From assembly GCA_963752715.1 (NCBI GenBank), contig CAVVZQ010000005.1, forward strand, positions 10,030-74,029: a stretch of 64,000 nt of DNA, given 5' to 3'. How positions within the stretch are numbered: position 1 is the stretch's first letter; each line of letters starts with the position of its first letter. Under the pieces are notes generated by a model. The model was not told where the DNA came from. It worked only from the letters and a program-made list of their open reading frames with translations, and made no database searches. Source of the stretch: an uncultured Actinomycetota bacterium. GTDB taxonomy: Bacteria; Actinomycetota; Actinomycetes; Mycobacteriales; CAVVZQ01. This document shows positions 37,915 to 48,174 of the stretch, in pieces. Made by a program: the position numbers and the translations under genes.

Positions 37915-38334
37915 GTGGCTTCAGCAGCGTCGTCCCAGTCCGCACCGCGCGTCCCCGCCGCCGTGCGCCGCGCCGCGACCGTCGTGGCAGTCGAGGGCGT
38001 GCTGCTCGGCGTGGTGGCGGGCTGGCTGGTCGTCCTCCTCTTCACGCGGGAGGAGACCGACACCTCCCTGGCCGTCGTCGAGATCGTCGTCGTCGTCGCC
38101 GCGGGGGCACTGCTCCTGGCGCTGGGCCGAGGTCTGTGGCGGGGGAACGCGGCGGCTCGGGCCCCGGCCGTGGTGATGCAGGTGCTGGCCACGCCGGTGG
38201 GCTGGACCTTGCTGGGTGGTGGGCAGGTGGTGCTCGGGCTCGTCGTGCTGGGTCTGGCCGTCGCCGTGCTCGCGCTGCTGTTCGGCAGTGCCTCGGCCCG
38301 CGAGGCGCTGGCTCGGGGGCCCGGGGCCGGGTGA
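37915..38334 (+). CDS. Small integral membrane protein (Rv3217c-like position)
   Basis: Four hydrophobic segments, ARAPAVVMQVL; conserved position next to the lipid kinase. Confidence 0.75.
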   Translation: MASAASSQSAPRVPAAVRRAATVVAVEGVLLGVVAGWLVVLLFTREETDTSLAVVEIVVVVAAGALLLALGRGLWRGNAAARAPAVVMQVLATPVGWTLLGGGQVVLGLVVLGLAVAVLALLFGSASAREALARGPGAG

Positions 38335-38424
38335 GAAGTGCGAGGCGCCACCTCATGGCGTCGCGCGGCGCGACCGGTGACAGGATGCCCCCGACCAGTT
38401 GTCGTCCCCTGATGCTGAGGACCC

Positions 38425-38955
38425 ATGTCCGCTCCGCTCCCCACGCGCATCGGTGTCGTTGCCGTGGGCGGCGCCGTGGGTGCGGCCCTGCGGTACACGA
38501 CTGAGCTGGTCCTCCCCGACCGGGAGCTGCCCTGGGGAACGCTCGCGGCGAACCTGCTCGGATGTGTCCTCGTAGCGGCGGTCATCGTGTTGCTCGAGGA
38601 GACCCGCCGGGCGGCAGAGGCCGGGATGCTGCCCGCCGACATCGACATCGACGTCGACCTCGAGGTGGAGCAGCAGGCCTACAACGTCCCTGCGCTGGGT
38701 CGACTCGCGGCGCCGGCGCTGCTGGGCGAGCGGGGGATGCTGCTGAGACTGCTGCTCGGGACCGGCCTCGGCGGCGGTCTGACGACCTTCTCGACATTCG
38801 CGGTGGACATCGTGGACCTGTTCGACGAGGGGCGCCCTCGGGCGGCAGTCGCCTACGCGTCGATCACGATCACGCTGGGCATCGTCCTGGTCAGCCTCAC
38901 CGCGACGCTGACGCGGCGGGCCGTCCCGCGGCTGTTCCCCGGTAGGCAGCCATGA
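38425..38955 (+). CDS. crcB: Fluoride channel Fluc/CrcB, copy 1 (long acidic loop)
   Basis: GGAVGAALRY, PWGTLAANLLGC, GTGLGGGLTTFSTF. Confidence 0.9.
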   Translation: MSAPLPTRIGVVAVGGAVGAALRYTTELVLPDRELPWGTLAANLLGCVLVAAVIVLLEETRRAAEAGMLPADIDIDVDLEVEQQAYNVPALGRLAAPALLGERGMLLRLLLGTGLGGGLTTFSTFAVDIVDLFDEGRPRAAVAYASITITLGIVLVSLTATLTRRAVPRLFPGRQP

Positions 38956-39338
38956 TCGAGGTCGTCATGGTCATGGCGGGCGCGATGGTCGGGGCGCCGA
39001 TGCGCTACCTCGTAGACACATGGGTGACGACCCACTGGCGCCCGCGGGTCGAGGACCGGTTCCCGCTCGGGACGTTCGTCGTGAACATGACCGGGTGCCT
39101 GGCTCTGGGGTTCGTGGTCGGCCTGGACCGCACCCAGGGCCTGACCCCTGAGGTCGCGAGCCTGCTCGAGGTCGGCATGCTCGGGTCCTACACGACCTTT
39201 TCGACCTACGCCTGGGAGTCCTACGTGCTGCACAAGGCAGGTGAGACCTCGGTGGTGCTCGTCAACGTCCTCGGCAGTGCCCTGATCGGGTCCGCTCTGG
39301 CAGCCACCGGCTTGTGGCTGGGCGGGGTGCCGGGGTGA
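38952..39338 (+). CDS. crcB: Fluoride channel Fluc/CrcB, copy 2
   Basis: GAMVGAPMRY, FPLGTFVVNMTGC, GSYTTFSTY; ATGA overlap. Confidence 0.9.
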   Translation: MIEVVMVMAGAMVGAPMRYLVDTWVTTHWRPRVEDRFPLGTFVVNMTGCLALGFVVGLDRTQGLTPEVASLLEVGMLGSYTTFSTYAWESYVLHKAGETSVVLVNVLGSALIGSALAATGLWLGGVPG

Positions 39339-39402
39339 GCGAGGGGGCCCCGTCGGGCCCACCCCGCCAGCCCGGTCTCCCAGCCCCCGGGTTTCAGGCC
39401 CG

Positions 39403-39888
39403 TCAGCCCTTCTTGGTGTCCCAGAAGATCAGCGAGATCTCCTCGATCTTGTTGAGCAGCTCCTGACCCACGTGCGGGTCGGTGGACGCCTTCGCTCCCG
39501 CAGCCCCGGCCAGCTTGGTGGCCTCATTGAACAGCTGGTGCAGCTGCGGGTGTGCCTCGAAGTGCGGCGGCTTGAAGTAGTCGGTCCAGAGGACCCAGAG
39601 GTGGTGCTTGACCAGCTCGGCGCGCTGCTCCTTGATCTGCAGCGCCCGGGCGCGGAAGACCGGGTCGTCGTTGGCCTGGTACTTCTCCTGGATCGCCTTG
39701 ACCGACTCCGCCTCGATGCGGGCCTGGGCGGGGTCGTAGACCCCGCAGGGCAGGTCGCAGTGCGCGGACGCGGTTGTGCGGGGAGCCAGCGCCTGCGCCA
39801 GACCGGCAAGCCCGGCACGGTGGGAGAACTGGGTGATCTGGGTGATCTGGGTGATCTGGGTGAGGCGGATAGGGCGGATGAGGTGCAC
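39403..39888 (-). CDS. sodN: Nickel superoxide dismutase precursor
   Basis: Ni-hook HCDLPCGVYDP, VKHHLWVLWTDYFK; GGAGG 5 nt before GTG 39888 (ATG 39900 is an alternative). Confidence 0.96.
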   Translation of the reverse strand: MHLIRPIRLTQITQITQITQFSHRAGLAGLAQALAPRTTASAHCDLPCGVYDPAQARIEAESVKAIQEKYQANDDPVFRARALQIKEQRAELVKHHLWVLWTDYFKPPHFEAHPQLHQLFNEATKLAGAAGAKASTDPHVGQELLNKIEEISLIFWDTKKG

Positions 39889-39979
39889 TCGGACCTCCAT
39901 GAGGATCGACTGGATTCGCAGTGACTGCGTACGACCTTAGCGCCAGACACGGGGGCGGCCCATGGGTGACCCTGGTCGC

Positions 39980-40324
39980 ATGCGCTTGCAGTCCCCCGTC
40001 GCACGGGTCCTCGTGGTGGGTCCGTCCATGGTCCCCGCGCTCCGTCACGGCGACCAGGTGATCGTGGCCAGGCGCCTGTCCGTACGGACGGGTGATGTCG
40101 TGCTGGCTCGCTTCGACGCACGTCCGGATCTTCTTGTCGTCAAGCGGGCGGTGCGCCCCTGCGAGAACGGGACGTGGTGGGTCGAGGGGGACAGCTCGGT
40201 CGTCGCCGACGACAGCCGCCGGTACGGGCCTGCGGTGGTCACCGGCCGCGTGGTCTGGCGGTACTGGCCGCCCCTGCGGCGCCGCGAGGTCAGCCGGCTG
40301 CGCTCGCTCCTCCGGCTCCGGTAG
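39980..40324 (+). CDS. sodX: Ni-SOD maturation protease (S26/S24-like)
   Basis: GPSMVPAL..GD, VVKR, WWVEGD..DDSRRYG; divergent from sodN. Confidence 0.88.
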   Translation: MRLQSPVARVLVVGPSMVPALRHGDQVIVARRLSVRTGDVVLARFDARPDLLVVKRAVRPCENGTWWVEGDSSVVADDSRRYGPAVVTGRVVWRYWPPLRRREVSRLRSLLRLR

Positions 40325-40325
40325 C

Positions 40326-40934
40326 TCAGCCGGCGTGGTGGCGCAGCTCGTCCTGCCAGGCCAGGCAGTCGTCCCAGGTGGGCAGGATGCCGTCGGCCTC
40401 CGCCTGGGCCAGGGTCGGTGCGGCCTCGTCCTTCGGGGACAGCAGCAGCTCGATGTCCGTCGGCCAGGGCAGTCCCAGTGCCGGGTCGTTCGGGTGCACC
40501 CCGAACTCCCGCTGCGGGTTGTACGGCGTCGAGCAGAGGTAGGTCACCACCGAGTTGTCCTCCAGGGCGCAGAAGGCGTGGCCCAGCCCCTCAGAGAGAT
40601 AGACGGCTCGCCGACTGGTGGTGTCGAGGACGACGGAGTCCCAGCTGCCAAACGTCGGTGAGCCCACGCGGATGTCCACCACCACGTCCAGCACGCTGCC
40701 GTACGGGCAGTAGACGTACTTCGCCTGACTCGGAGGCACGGCGGCGAAGTGCAGGCCCCGGACGGTCCCGCGGCGGGAGACGCTGTGGTTGGCCTGAGCC
40801 AGCGTGAAGGGGTGCTGCAGCACGTCGTGCAGCACATCCTCCTTGAACCACTCGAGGAAGACTCCCCTGTCGTCACCGAACTGCCGGGGAGTGAACTCCC
40901 AGGCACCGGACACGCTCAGCTCGCGGACGTCCAC
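40326..40934 (-). CDS. rmlC: dTDP-4-dehydrorhamnose 3,5-epimerase family protein
   Basis: DDRGVFLE, QANHSVS..GTVRGLHF, VDIRVGSPTFG, GLGHAF, LSPKD. Confidence 0.92.
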   Translation of the reverse strand: MDVRELSVSGAWEFTPRQFGDDRGVFLEWFKEDVLHDVLQHPFTLAQANHSVSRRGTVRGLHFAAVPPSQAKYVYCPYGSVLDVVVDIRVGSPTFGSWDSVVLDTTSRRAVYLSEGLGHAFCALEDNSVVTYLCSTPYNPQREFGVHPNDPALGLPWPTDIELLLSPKDEAAPTLAQAEADGILPTWDDCLAWQDELRHHAG

Positions 40935-41018
40935 GACAAGCCAGGCTAACCGAGCCGAGCCGGCCGCGAGGTGGGAACCATCCCTCGCTGCGGCATCCCG
41001 TACGACCCGGCGCGGAGC

Positions 41019-41680
41019 TCAGGATCGTGATGTCGCGGCGTCGATCGCTGCCTCCAGGATGTCCAGTCCCTCATCGACGAGGGCGGCCGAGATGGTCAGG
41101 GGAGGCAGGAACCGGAAGACGTTGCCGAACGTACCCGCGGTCAGGGTGACCAGGCCCTGGCTGTGGCAGTGTCGGTTCACCGCGGCGGCGAGGTCGTCGG
41201 TCTCCATCGTGCGCAACGCCGCCAGCGCCGCGGCACACGTGACGGGGTTCCTTCGCCATGGTGACCAGGTCGGGAACGATGCCTTCCGGCTCGCTGGCGA
41301 ACCAGCTGCCGGTGCGGCAGAAGCCGGTCTGGATCTCGTCGGCGATCAGGGCGATGCCGTTGTCCGCCGCGTACCGGGACAGTGCGGGCAGGAACCCCGG
41401 TGCCGGTACGACGAACCCGACCTCGCCCTGGATCGGCTCGATGACGATCGCGGCGACGTTCGTTGCGCCGATCTCCGTGTCGATCCGCGTCGTCACCGCC
41501 CGCGCGGCGTCCGGTCTTCTTCGCGTGCCGGCCGGGAGTGAGTCGGTTCAGCTCCTCGCAGACCGCCACGTAGCCCTCGTACGGCGTGACCATGAAGCAG
41601 GTGTGTGTGAAGGCCTCCACCTGGGCGCGGACGGCGTCCACCACGGCCGGGGCGGCAGAGACTACGTGCACGCTCACGGG
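41019..41680 (-). pseudogene. gabT: 4-aminobutyrate aminotransferase remnant with internal deletions
   Basis: Three blocks in different frames: FTHTCFMVTPYEGY; EPIQGE.GF...IADEIQTGFCRTG...MAK; TAGTFGNVFRFLPPL; about 660 bp, roughly half a normal gene. Confidence 0.85.
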
Positions 41681-41806
41681 CACCTGCGAGTACCGTCCCC
41701 GCCATGGGTGGAGCTCCCGTGTTCCCAGGTCAAGGCTCCCAGGCCAGCCCCAGCGGCCAGGGCGGCTTCGGTGGCCAGGGCGGCTCCAGCGGCCAGGGCG
41801 GCTTCG

Positions 41807-43291
41807 GTGTCTGAGGCGTCGAAGCCGCTTGAGGTGCCTCAGGTTGCGCAGGCCCTTGCTCTGGCTCCGACCCAGCTGCTCATCGGGGGCGGCTGGCGGG
41901 ACGCCCGCGACGGCCGGACGTTCCCGGTTCTCGACCCCGCCACCGGCGCCGAGCTGTGCGCGGTCGCTGACGCCTCCCCGGACGACGGGATGGCTGCGCT
42001 GGAGGCAGCCGCGGCGGTACAGCACGACTGGGCCCGGCATCCGCCGCGGGAGCGGGGCGAGATCCTGCGCGCCAGCTACGAGGCGCTGATGGACCGCATC
42101 GACGAACTGGCGCTGCTCATGACGCTGGAGATGGGCAAGCCGCTGACGGACTCGCGGGCCGAGATCGGCTACGCGGCAGAGTTCTTCCGCTGGTTCTCCG
42201 AGGAGGCGGTGCGCATTCACGGTGACTACCGGGTCGCGCCTGCCGGGGACAAGCGCATCCTCACGATGCGCCAGCCGGTCGGCCCCTGCCTGTTCGTCAC
42301 GCCGTGGAACTTCCCGATGGCGATGGGGACCCGCAAGATCGGCCCCGCGGTCGCGGCCGGGTGCACCGTCGTGGCGAAGCCGGCAGCGGAAACGCCCCTG
42401 TCGATGCTCGCCCTGGCCCGGGTCATGCAGGAGGCGGGCTTGCCCGCCGGGGTGCTCAACGTCGTCACCACCCGGCACTCGGGGCAGGTCATGGAGCCGC
42501 TGATCCGGGATCCGAAGGCTCGCAAGCTGTCGTTCACCGGATCGACCGGTGTCGGTCGCAGGCTCGTCGAGCAGTCGGCGCACCGGCTCCTGCGCGTCTC
42601 GATGGAGCTCGGGGGCAACGCCCCGTTCCTGGTGTTCGCCGACGCCGACCTCGATGCGGCGGTGGACGGGGCCGTGCAGGCCAAGATGCGCAACATGGGC
42701 GAGGCCTGTACGGCGGCCAACCGGTTCCTCGCCCACGCCGATGTCGCGACGGAGTTCGCTGAGCGGCTCGCTGAGCGGCTCGCATCCCTGACCGTCGGCC
42801 CGGGCCGACAGCCTGGCGTCCAGGTGGGCCCGGTCATCACCGAGCAGGCCCGTACCGGCATCCTGTCGCTGGTCGAGGACGCTGCGGAGCGGGGCGCGAC
42901 GGTGCTCACCGGCGGCCGCGCGCTGCCCGGCGCAGGCTACTTCCTCGAACCGACCGTGCTCTCCGACGTCCCACCCGAGGCCCGGGTGTGCCGTGAGGAG
43001 ATCTTCGGGCCGGTCGCCCCGGTGCAGAGCTTCACCACCGAGTCGGAAGCGGTGGCGCTGGCCAACGACACGGAGTTCGGTCTGATCGGGTACGTGTTCA
43101 CCGAGAACCTGTCCCGGGCCCTGCGGGTGTGCGAGGACCTCGAGGTGGGGATGGTGGGTCTGAACGCCGGAGTGATCTCCAACCCGGCCGCGCCGTTCGG
43201 CGGCGTGAAGTCCTCGGGGTTCGGCCGCGAAGGAGGCCGCGAGGGGATCGAGGAGTTCCTTGAGGTCAAGTACGTTGGGATGCCCGGATAG
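41807..43291 (+). CDS. gabD: NAD(P)-dependent succinate-semialdehyde dehydrogenase
   Basis: TPWNFP, KPAAETP, SFTGST, MELGGNAPF, GEACTAANR, EEIFGP, PFGGVK.SG.GREG. Confidence 0.92.
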   Translation: MSEASKPLEVPQVAQALALAPTQLLIGGGWRDARDGRTFPVLDPATGAELCAVADASPDDGMAALEAAAAVQHDWARHPPRERGEILRASYEALMDRIDELALLMTLEMGKPLTDSRAEIGYAAEFFRWFSEEAVRIHGDYRVAPAGDKRILTMRQPVGPCLFVTPWNFPMAMGTRKIGPAVAAGCTVVAKPAAETPLSMLALARVMQEAGLPAGVLNVVTTRHSGQVMEPLIRDPKARKLSFTGSTGVGRRLVEQSAHRLLRVSMELGGNAPFLVFADADLDAAVDGAVQAKMRNMGEACTAANRFLAHADVATEFAERLAERLASLTVGPGRQPGVQVGPVITEQARTGILSLVEDAAERGATVLTGGRALPGAGYFLEPTVLSDVPPEARVCREEIFGPVAPVQSFTTESEAVALANDTEFGLIGYVFTENLSRALRVCEDLEVGMVGLNAGVISNPAAPFGGVKSSGFGREGGREGIEEFLEVKYVGMPG

Positions 43292-43321
43292 GCACGTCAG
43301 GGCCGGGTCTACGCCCCCTCC

Positions 43322-43792
43322 ATGGCGTACGAACCGCGCGACCATCCCACCCGCGACTACCTCAGTACGGCCTCCAATCTGAACTTCGCCCGTCGCGCGG
43401 TGTGGAGCAAGCTGGGGCGCACGGCAGAGCGGCTGGACACCTCGATCAGGGACGGCCGGGCAACGGCCGGGCTGGAGGATGCGCTCGCCGATGCGGGAGC
43501 GCTACTCGACGCCCTTCTTCGATGCCCTCAAGGCGTACGCCGACCGGCCGATCGGCAACTTCCACGCGCTGCCGATCGCGCGCGGGAACTCGATCTTCAA
43601 CTCCCGGTGGATCCGGGACATGGGCGAGTTCTACGGGCGCAACATCCGCCAGGCTTCCCGATCCTGGTCCCGGGGCAGGTGGTCACCCCCGAGGTCGTGG
43701 ACTTCATGACGAAGCTGGACGTCAGCGAGATCCACGGGTACGAGCCGGAGCTCGGCCTTGCGGTCTTTACCCAGGAGGCGCTGGCCGTCTGA
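43322..43792 (+). pseudogene. Collapsed remnant of a large Orn/Lys/Arg-type amino-acid decarboxylase (Rv2531c-like)
   Basis: TPFFDALKAYADRPIGNFHALPIARGNSIFNS..FYGRNI joined out of frame to C-terminal PPGFPILVPGQVV..LDVSEIHGY; PLP core missing. Confidence 0.75.
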
Positions 43793-43810
43793 TCTCAGTA
43801 GGCTGCGGCC

Positions 43811-44782
43811 GTGCTTGCCGCCTACGCAGCCCGTACCGACCAGGACGACCCGCTGAGCGGTCTCGAGGTCGGCCAGCGACCAGAGCCGGCCGGGGACGGC
43901 CCCCCGGACTGGGTCACGGTGGACGTACGGGCCGCCACGCTGAACCACCACGACCTGTGGTCGCTGCGCGGTGTCGGTCTGCCCGCCGACCGGCTGCCCA
44001 TGATTCTCGGCTGCGACGCTGCAGGGCTCGGACCCGACGGCACCCCGGTGGTGGTCCACTCCGTGGTGGGTGACCCGGCCGCCGGCGCGGGCGACGAGAC
44101 TCTGGACCCGAAGCGGTCGCTGCTCTCGGAGGTCCACCCGGGGACCCTGGCAGAGCGGGTGGCGGTGCCGGCGCGCAACCTCGTCCCGATGCCCGAGGGG
44201 ATGTCCTTCGAAGAGGCCGCGTGCCTTCCGACCGCCTACCTCACCGCCTATCGGATGCTGTTCACCAAGGCCGAGGTGAGCAGCGGAGACTCCGTGCTCG
44301 TCCAGGGAAGTGGTGGGGGTGTGGCGACGGCGGCGATCCAGCTTGCGGTGGCGCGGGGGTGCACCGTCTTCGCCACCAGCAGGGACGAGCGCAAGCGGGA
44401 GTACGCGACGTCGCTGGGAGCCACCGCCCTGGAGCCGGGGGCACGGTTGCCGATGCGGGTGGACGCAGTCATGGAGACTGTAGGTGAGGCGACGTTCGAG
44501 CACTCGCTGAAGTCGCTGCGCCCCGGGGGACGTCTGGTGACCAGTGGCGCGACCGCAGGCTATCTGCCCCGGGTCGACCTGCGCAGGGTGTTCTTCCTGC
44601 AGCTGGAGATCCTGGGGTCCACGATGGGTAACCGCGACGAGCTGGATGCCCTGATCCGGTTCTGCGCCGAGCACGACGTGCGGCCGGTGGTGGCCGCCAG
44701 CTATCCGCTGAGCGAGGCACGCGGGGCGCTCGAGCAGCTGGCATCCGGAGATGTGCTCGGCAAGATCGTGGTCCTTCCCTAG
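43811..44782 (+). CDS. Zinc-binding dehydrogenase family (MDR) oxidoreductase
   Basis: LNHHDLWSLRGVGL, ILGCDAAG, QGSGGGVA, GSTMG, GKIVV. Confidence 0.9.
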   Translation: MLAAYAARTDQDDPLSGLEVGQRPEPAGDGPPDWVTVDVRAATLNHHDLWSLRGVGLPADRLPMILGCDAAGLGPDGTPVVVHSVVGDPAAGAGDETLDPKRSLLSEVHPGTLAERVAVPARNLVPMPEGMSFEEAACLPTAYLTAYRMLFTKAEVSSGDSVLVQGSGGGVATAAIQLAVARGCTVFATSRDERKREYATSLGATALEPGARLPMRVDAVMETVGEATFEHSLKSLRPGGRLVTSGATAGYLPRVDLRRVFFLQLEILGSTMGNRDELDALIRFCAEHDVRPVVAASYPLSEARGALEQLASGDVLGKIVVLP

Positions 44783-44848
44783 CCACCTTCGGTCAGGTCA
44801 CGGGCTGGTTGCTGGCTGGTCGCGGGCGGTCATTGGCGGTCAAGGCGG

Positions 44849-47800
44849 TCACGGCGGGTCCGTGAGCGACTCGGCAGCCACGTACTCCGTGTGGTTGGGC
44901 GCCACGTAGTGAAAGGCGGCGCGCACCCGTCCCACGTCGGTGCCGACGATCTCCGCCCACGCGTGGCGGTAGACCGCGAGCTGGACCGCCGCGTGGACGG
45001 CCGCGTCGCCCTCGGGTCGCGCCCCGGTCTTCCAGTCCACGACGAGATGCGAGCCGTCGGGCTCGGCGAAGACGGCATCGATGCGTCCTCGGACGGCGTG
45101 GTCGCCGATGCGAGTGTCGAACGGGACCTCGACGGCCAGCGGTACCCGGTCGGCCCAGACTGACTGCTCGAACGCCTGCTGCAGGGCGAGCAGGGCGGCG
45201 TCCCGGGCCTCGGAGTGCGCCGCGGCCTGGTCGGCGAAGACCCTGGGATCGTCGATGTCGAGTGGACCGACGGTACGGAACCGCTGCTCGAGCCAGCTGT
45301 GGAAGGCAGTACCTAGCGCGGAGGCATCACTTGTCGGCTGCGGCATGGGCCGCCGAACCGAGCGGGCGAACCGCTCCGGATCCGTTCGCAGTCGTACCAG
45401 GTCGGTCGCCGACAGGCGCTGCGGCACCGGGACCTCCAGCGGCCGGGACGCTGCGGCGCGCGCCTCGGCCAGGCCGGCGAGGACCGTGTCGACCGCATGG
45501 GCCCACGGGTCATCTTCCGAGTCCTGCTCGGCCGTCGCTGTCGTCCGTTGTCGCGGAGGAGTCCAGGGACGGCGACGCGCCCTGCTCCAGACACTCCCGG
45601 ACCATGGCAGCGGCCTGCTCCACCCGTTGCCGCTGGGAGCCCAGCGGGTCGTAGGGCCACTGAGCCCGGTCGGGCTCGGTCAGCAGGGGGTTGTCGCCCT
45701 CGGGCTCGCCCGCCCACACATCCAGCTCCGCATCGGAGGAGCCCGTGCTGCCCGGCGAGGTGTCGGTGCACAGCGTGTGGACCGCCTCGAGAATCTCCGA
45801 GGGTCCGCGCACCTTCGCCGGCCCGTCGATCCACCAGGCCCCGCTGCATGCCAGCCAGCGCCGGGCCCGAGTGAGTGCCACGTAGGCCAGGCGGCGCTCC
45901 TCCAACAGGTCATGGTGACGCCACTGGTCGCGGTGGTCGGCAAGCCGGTCCCGCAGGTCCTTCTGGTCCACCGCCTGGGTGCCGTCCCACCGAGGCAGGT
46001 CCGAGGCGTCGCCGCGCAGGTCGACGGGTATCTGTCCGAGGTCGGTCAGCCAGGTCGACGAGCCGTGCTCGTCGGGGAACACCCCCTTCGTCAGTCCGGC
46101 GACGAAGACGGCATCCCACTCCAGGCCCTTGGCGCTGTGCACCGTTCCGAGCTGGACCGCGTCGCGGGTCGCGGTCATGGTCGCGGCGGTCAGACCTCCC
46201 TCGCGTTCGGCGGCCGCCTGCAGGTAGTCGAGGAAGGCCGTGAGCGAGGGCTGCTCGGCGCTGCGTGCGAAGTCGCCGGCGACGGAGACGAGCCGGTCGA
46301 GGTGAGAGCGAGCCTGGTGGTGGGGTCCCTCGCCGTGCACGCCCACCTCGATGTCGAGGCTGAGCGTGCGGATGACACGGTCGATGAGGTCCGGAAGCGC
46401 ATCGCTGCCGTGCTGCGACAGCCAGCCGATCTCCTGGGCGAGCTCGCGGAGCCGGGACACCGCCCGGGTTGAGTACTGTTCCGGGGAACCGGGGTCGAGC
46501 ACCGCCTCCAGCAGCGTGCCTCCGGGCAGTCGTGCCGCGTCTCGCACGGCCGAGTCCAGGTCGCCGGGGGACGCCGGCGCGCTGCGTGCGCCGTACGCAC
46601 GAGAGAGCTCACGGGCCCGGCGGCCCAGGGCGACCAGGTCGCGTGCCCCCAAGCGCCATCGGGGTCCCGCCAGGAGGCGGATGAGCGCGTCGTTGGCCTC
46701 CGGAGAGTCCAGCACGCGCAGAGTCGCTACGACGTCGGCCACCTCGGGGATGTCGAGCAGCCCGGAGAGCACGCTGACCTCGGCCGGCACCCGGGCCTCG
46801 AGCAGAGCCCGATGGATGCGTCGCAGTGTGGACTTCTTCCGTGCCAGTACGGCAATCTCGCGTGGCGCGACACCTGACTGCGATGAGATCCGATGCGTGC
46901 CAGGCGATCCAGCGGGCCTCGTCCTCCGCGGTCGGGTGCAGGGCGCAGCGCACGGTCCCCGGATGGTCCACGCCCGAGGTCAGGGGCGGGCCGTCCGAGC
47001 GAAGTCCCTCGGACACCGCGTTCGCCAGCCGAAGAATCGCCGAGCCGTTGCGGAAGCTGCGGCTCAGATGGAACGTCGCCGGGGGCGCGCCGTCCGGTCG
47101 GGCGTAGTCGCGCTGGAACCGGCTCATCGCTCCGGCGCTGGCCCCGCGCCATCCGTAGATGGCCTGAACCGGGTCGCCGACCGCCGTCACGGGGTGGCCG
47201 TCGGCGAACAGCGAGCGCAGCAGCACGTCCTGGGCCTGGCTGGTGTCCTGGTACTCATCGAGCAGGACAACGCGGTACCGCGCGCGCTCGGCCCGTGCGA
47301 TATCGGGGTGCTCGCGGGCCAGTCGTGCGGCGAGCGAGACCTGGTCGCCGTAGTCGATCAGCTCCGCCTCGCGCTTGGCCCTTTCGTAGGCTTCGACCAG
47401 CGGCAGCAGGCGCAGGCGCATCTCCTGCCGGCCCAGCGCGCGAAGCACGTCGGCGTAGGGGGCACCTGGGTCCGTGGACCGGTCGGCGTCGCGTGGCAGG
47501 GTCGCCGCGTGTCCCGTGAGGACCCGGGTGGCCGAGTCGACGCGGGTCGCGTCGGTCAGGTGCTCCCCGAGCTCGGCGGAGAGCCGCAGGACGGTCGCCG
47601 TGAGCGTGGTCGCAGACATGCCGAGCTGTTCGAGGGGGCCCGGCCAGGAGTGCACCACGCGGGAGGCGATCTGCCAGCAGGCCGCCTCACCCGCGAGCCG
47701 GGAGTGGGGCTCGATTCCGCCCCGGGCGGCGTGCTCGGACAGCAGCGCTGCGGCGTAGGAGTGGTATGTCAGCACCACCGGCTCGGCGTCTCGCAGCTGG

Positions 47801-48174
47801 TGGTGCCGAGCCTGGTCGATGAGTCCCGTACGGGCCAGGCCGTCCCGGGCGTGCGCCAGGCGCTGTCGCAGCCGCTGCGCCAGCTCGGCGGCGGCCTTGC
47901 GGGTGAAGGTCAGGCCCAGCACGTGCTCCGGGGAGACCCGGCCGGTGGCCACCAGCCAGACGACCCGGGCAGCCATCGTCTCGGTCTTGCCCGACCCGGC
48001 GCCGGCCTGCACCAGACCGGCGCTCAACGGGGCTGCGATGACCTGCGCCTGCTCGTCGGTCGGGAGCCTGAGGCCGACCACCCTGGCGAGGTCCGTGGGG
48101 GAGAGGTCCGCAGCCCCGCTGGCGGCCGCGCCCCGCCTGTGGGGCTGGCTCTCGTGCTGGGCGGTCCTGGTCAT
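44849..48174 (-). pseudogene. adnB: AdnB helicase-nuclease, split by frameshifts near 46885 and 45540 (lesion or sequencing error)
   Basis: AGAGSGKT, LTFTRKAA, LDEYQD, VGDP.QAIYGWRGA | EIAVLAR, TVHSAKGLEWD, EERRLAYVALTRA | GTAFH, GRIDAVF, VDWKTG, QLAVY in three frames. Confidence 0.88.

Noticed and set aside
38335-38424. Fluoride riboswitch before crcB
   Set aside because: The GGCGATGG...CTAATGA-type core and pseudoknot could not be matched
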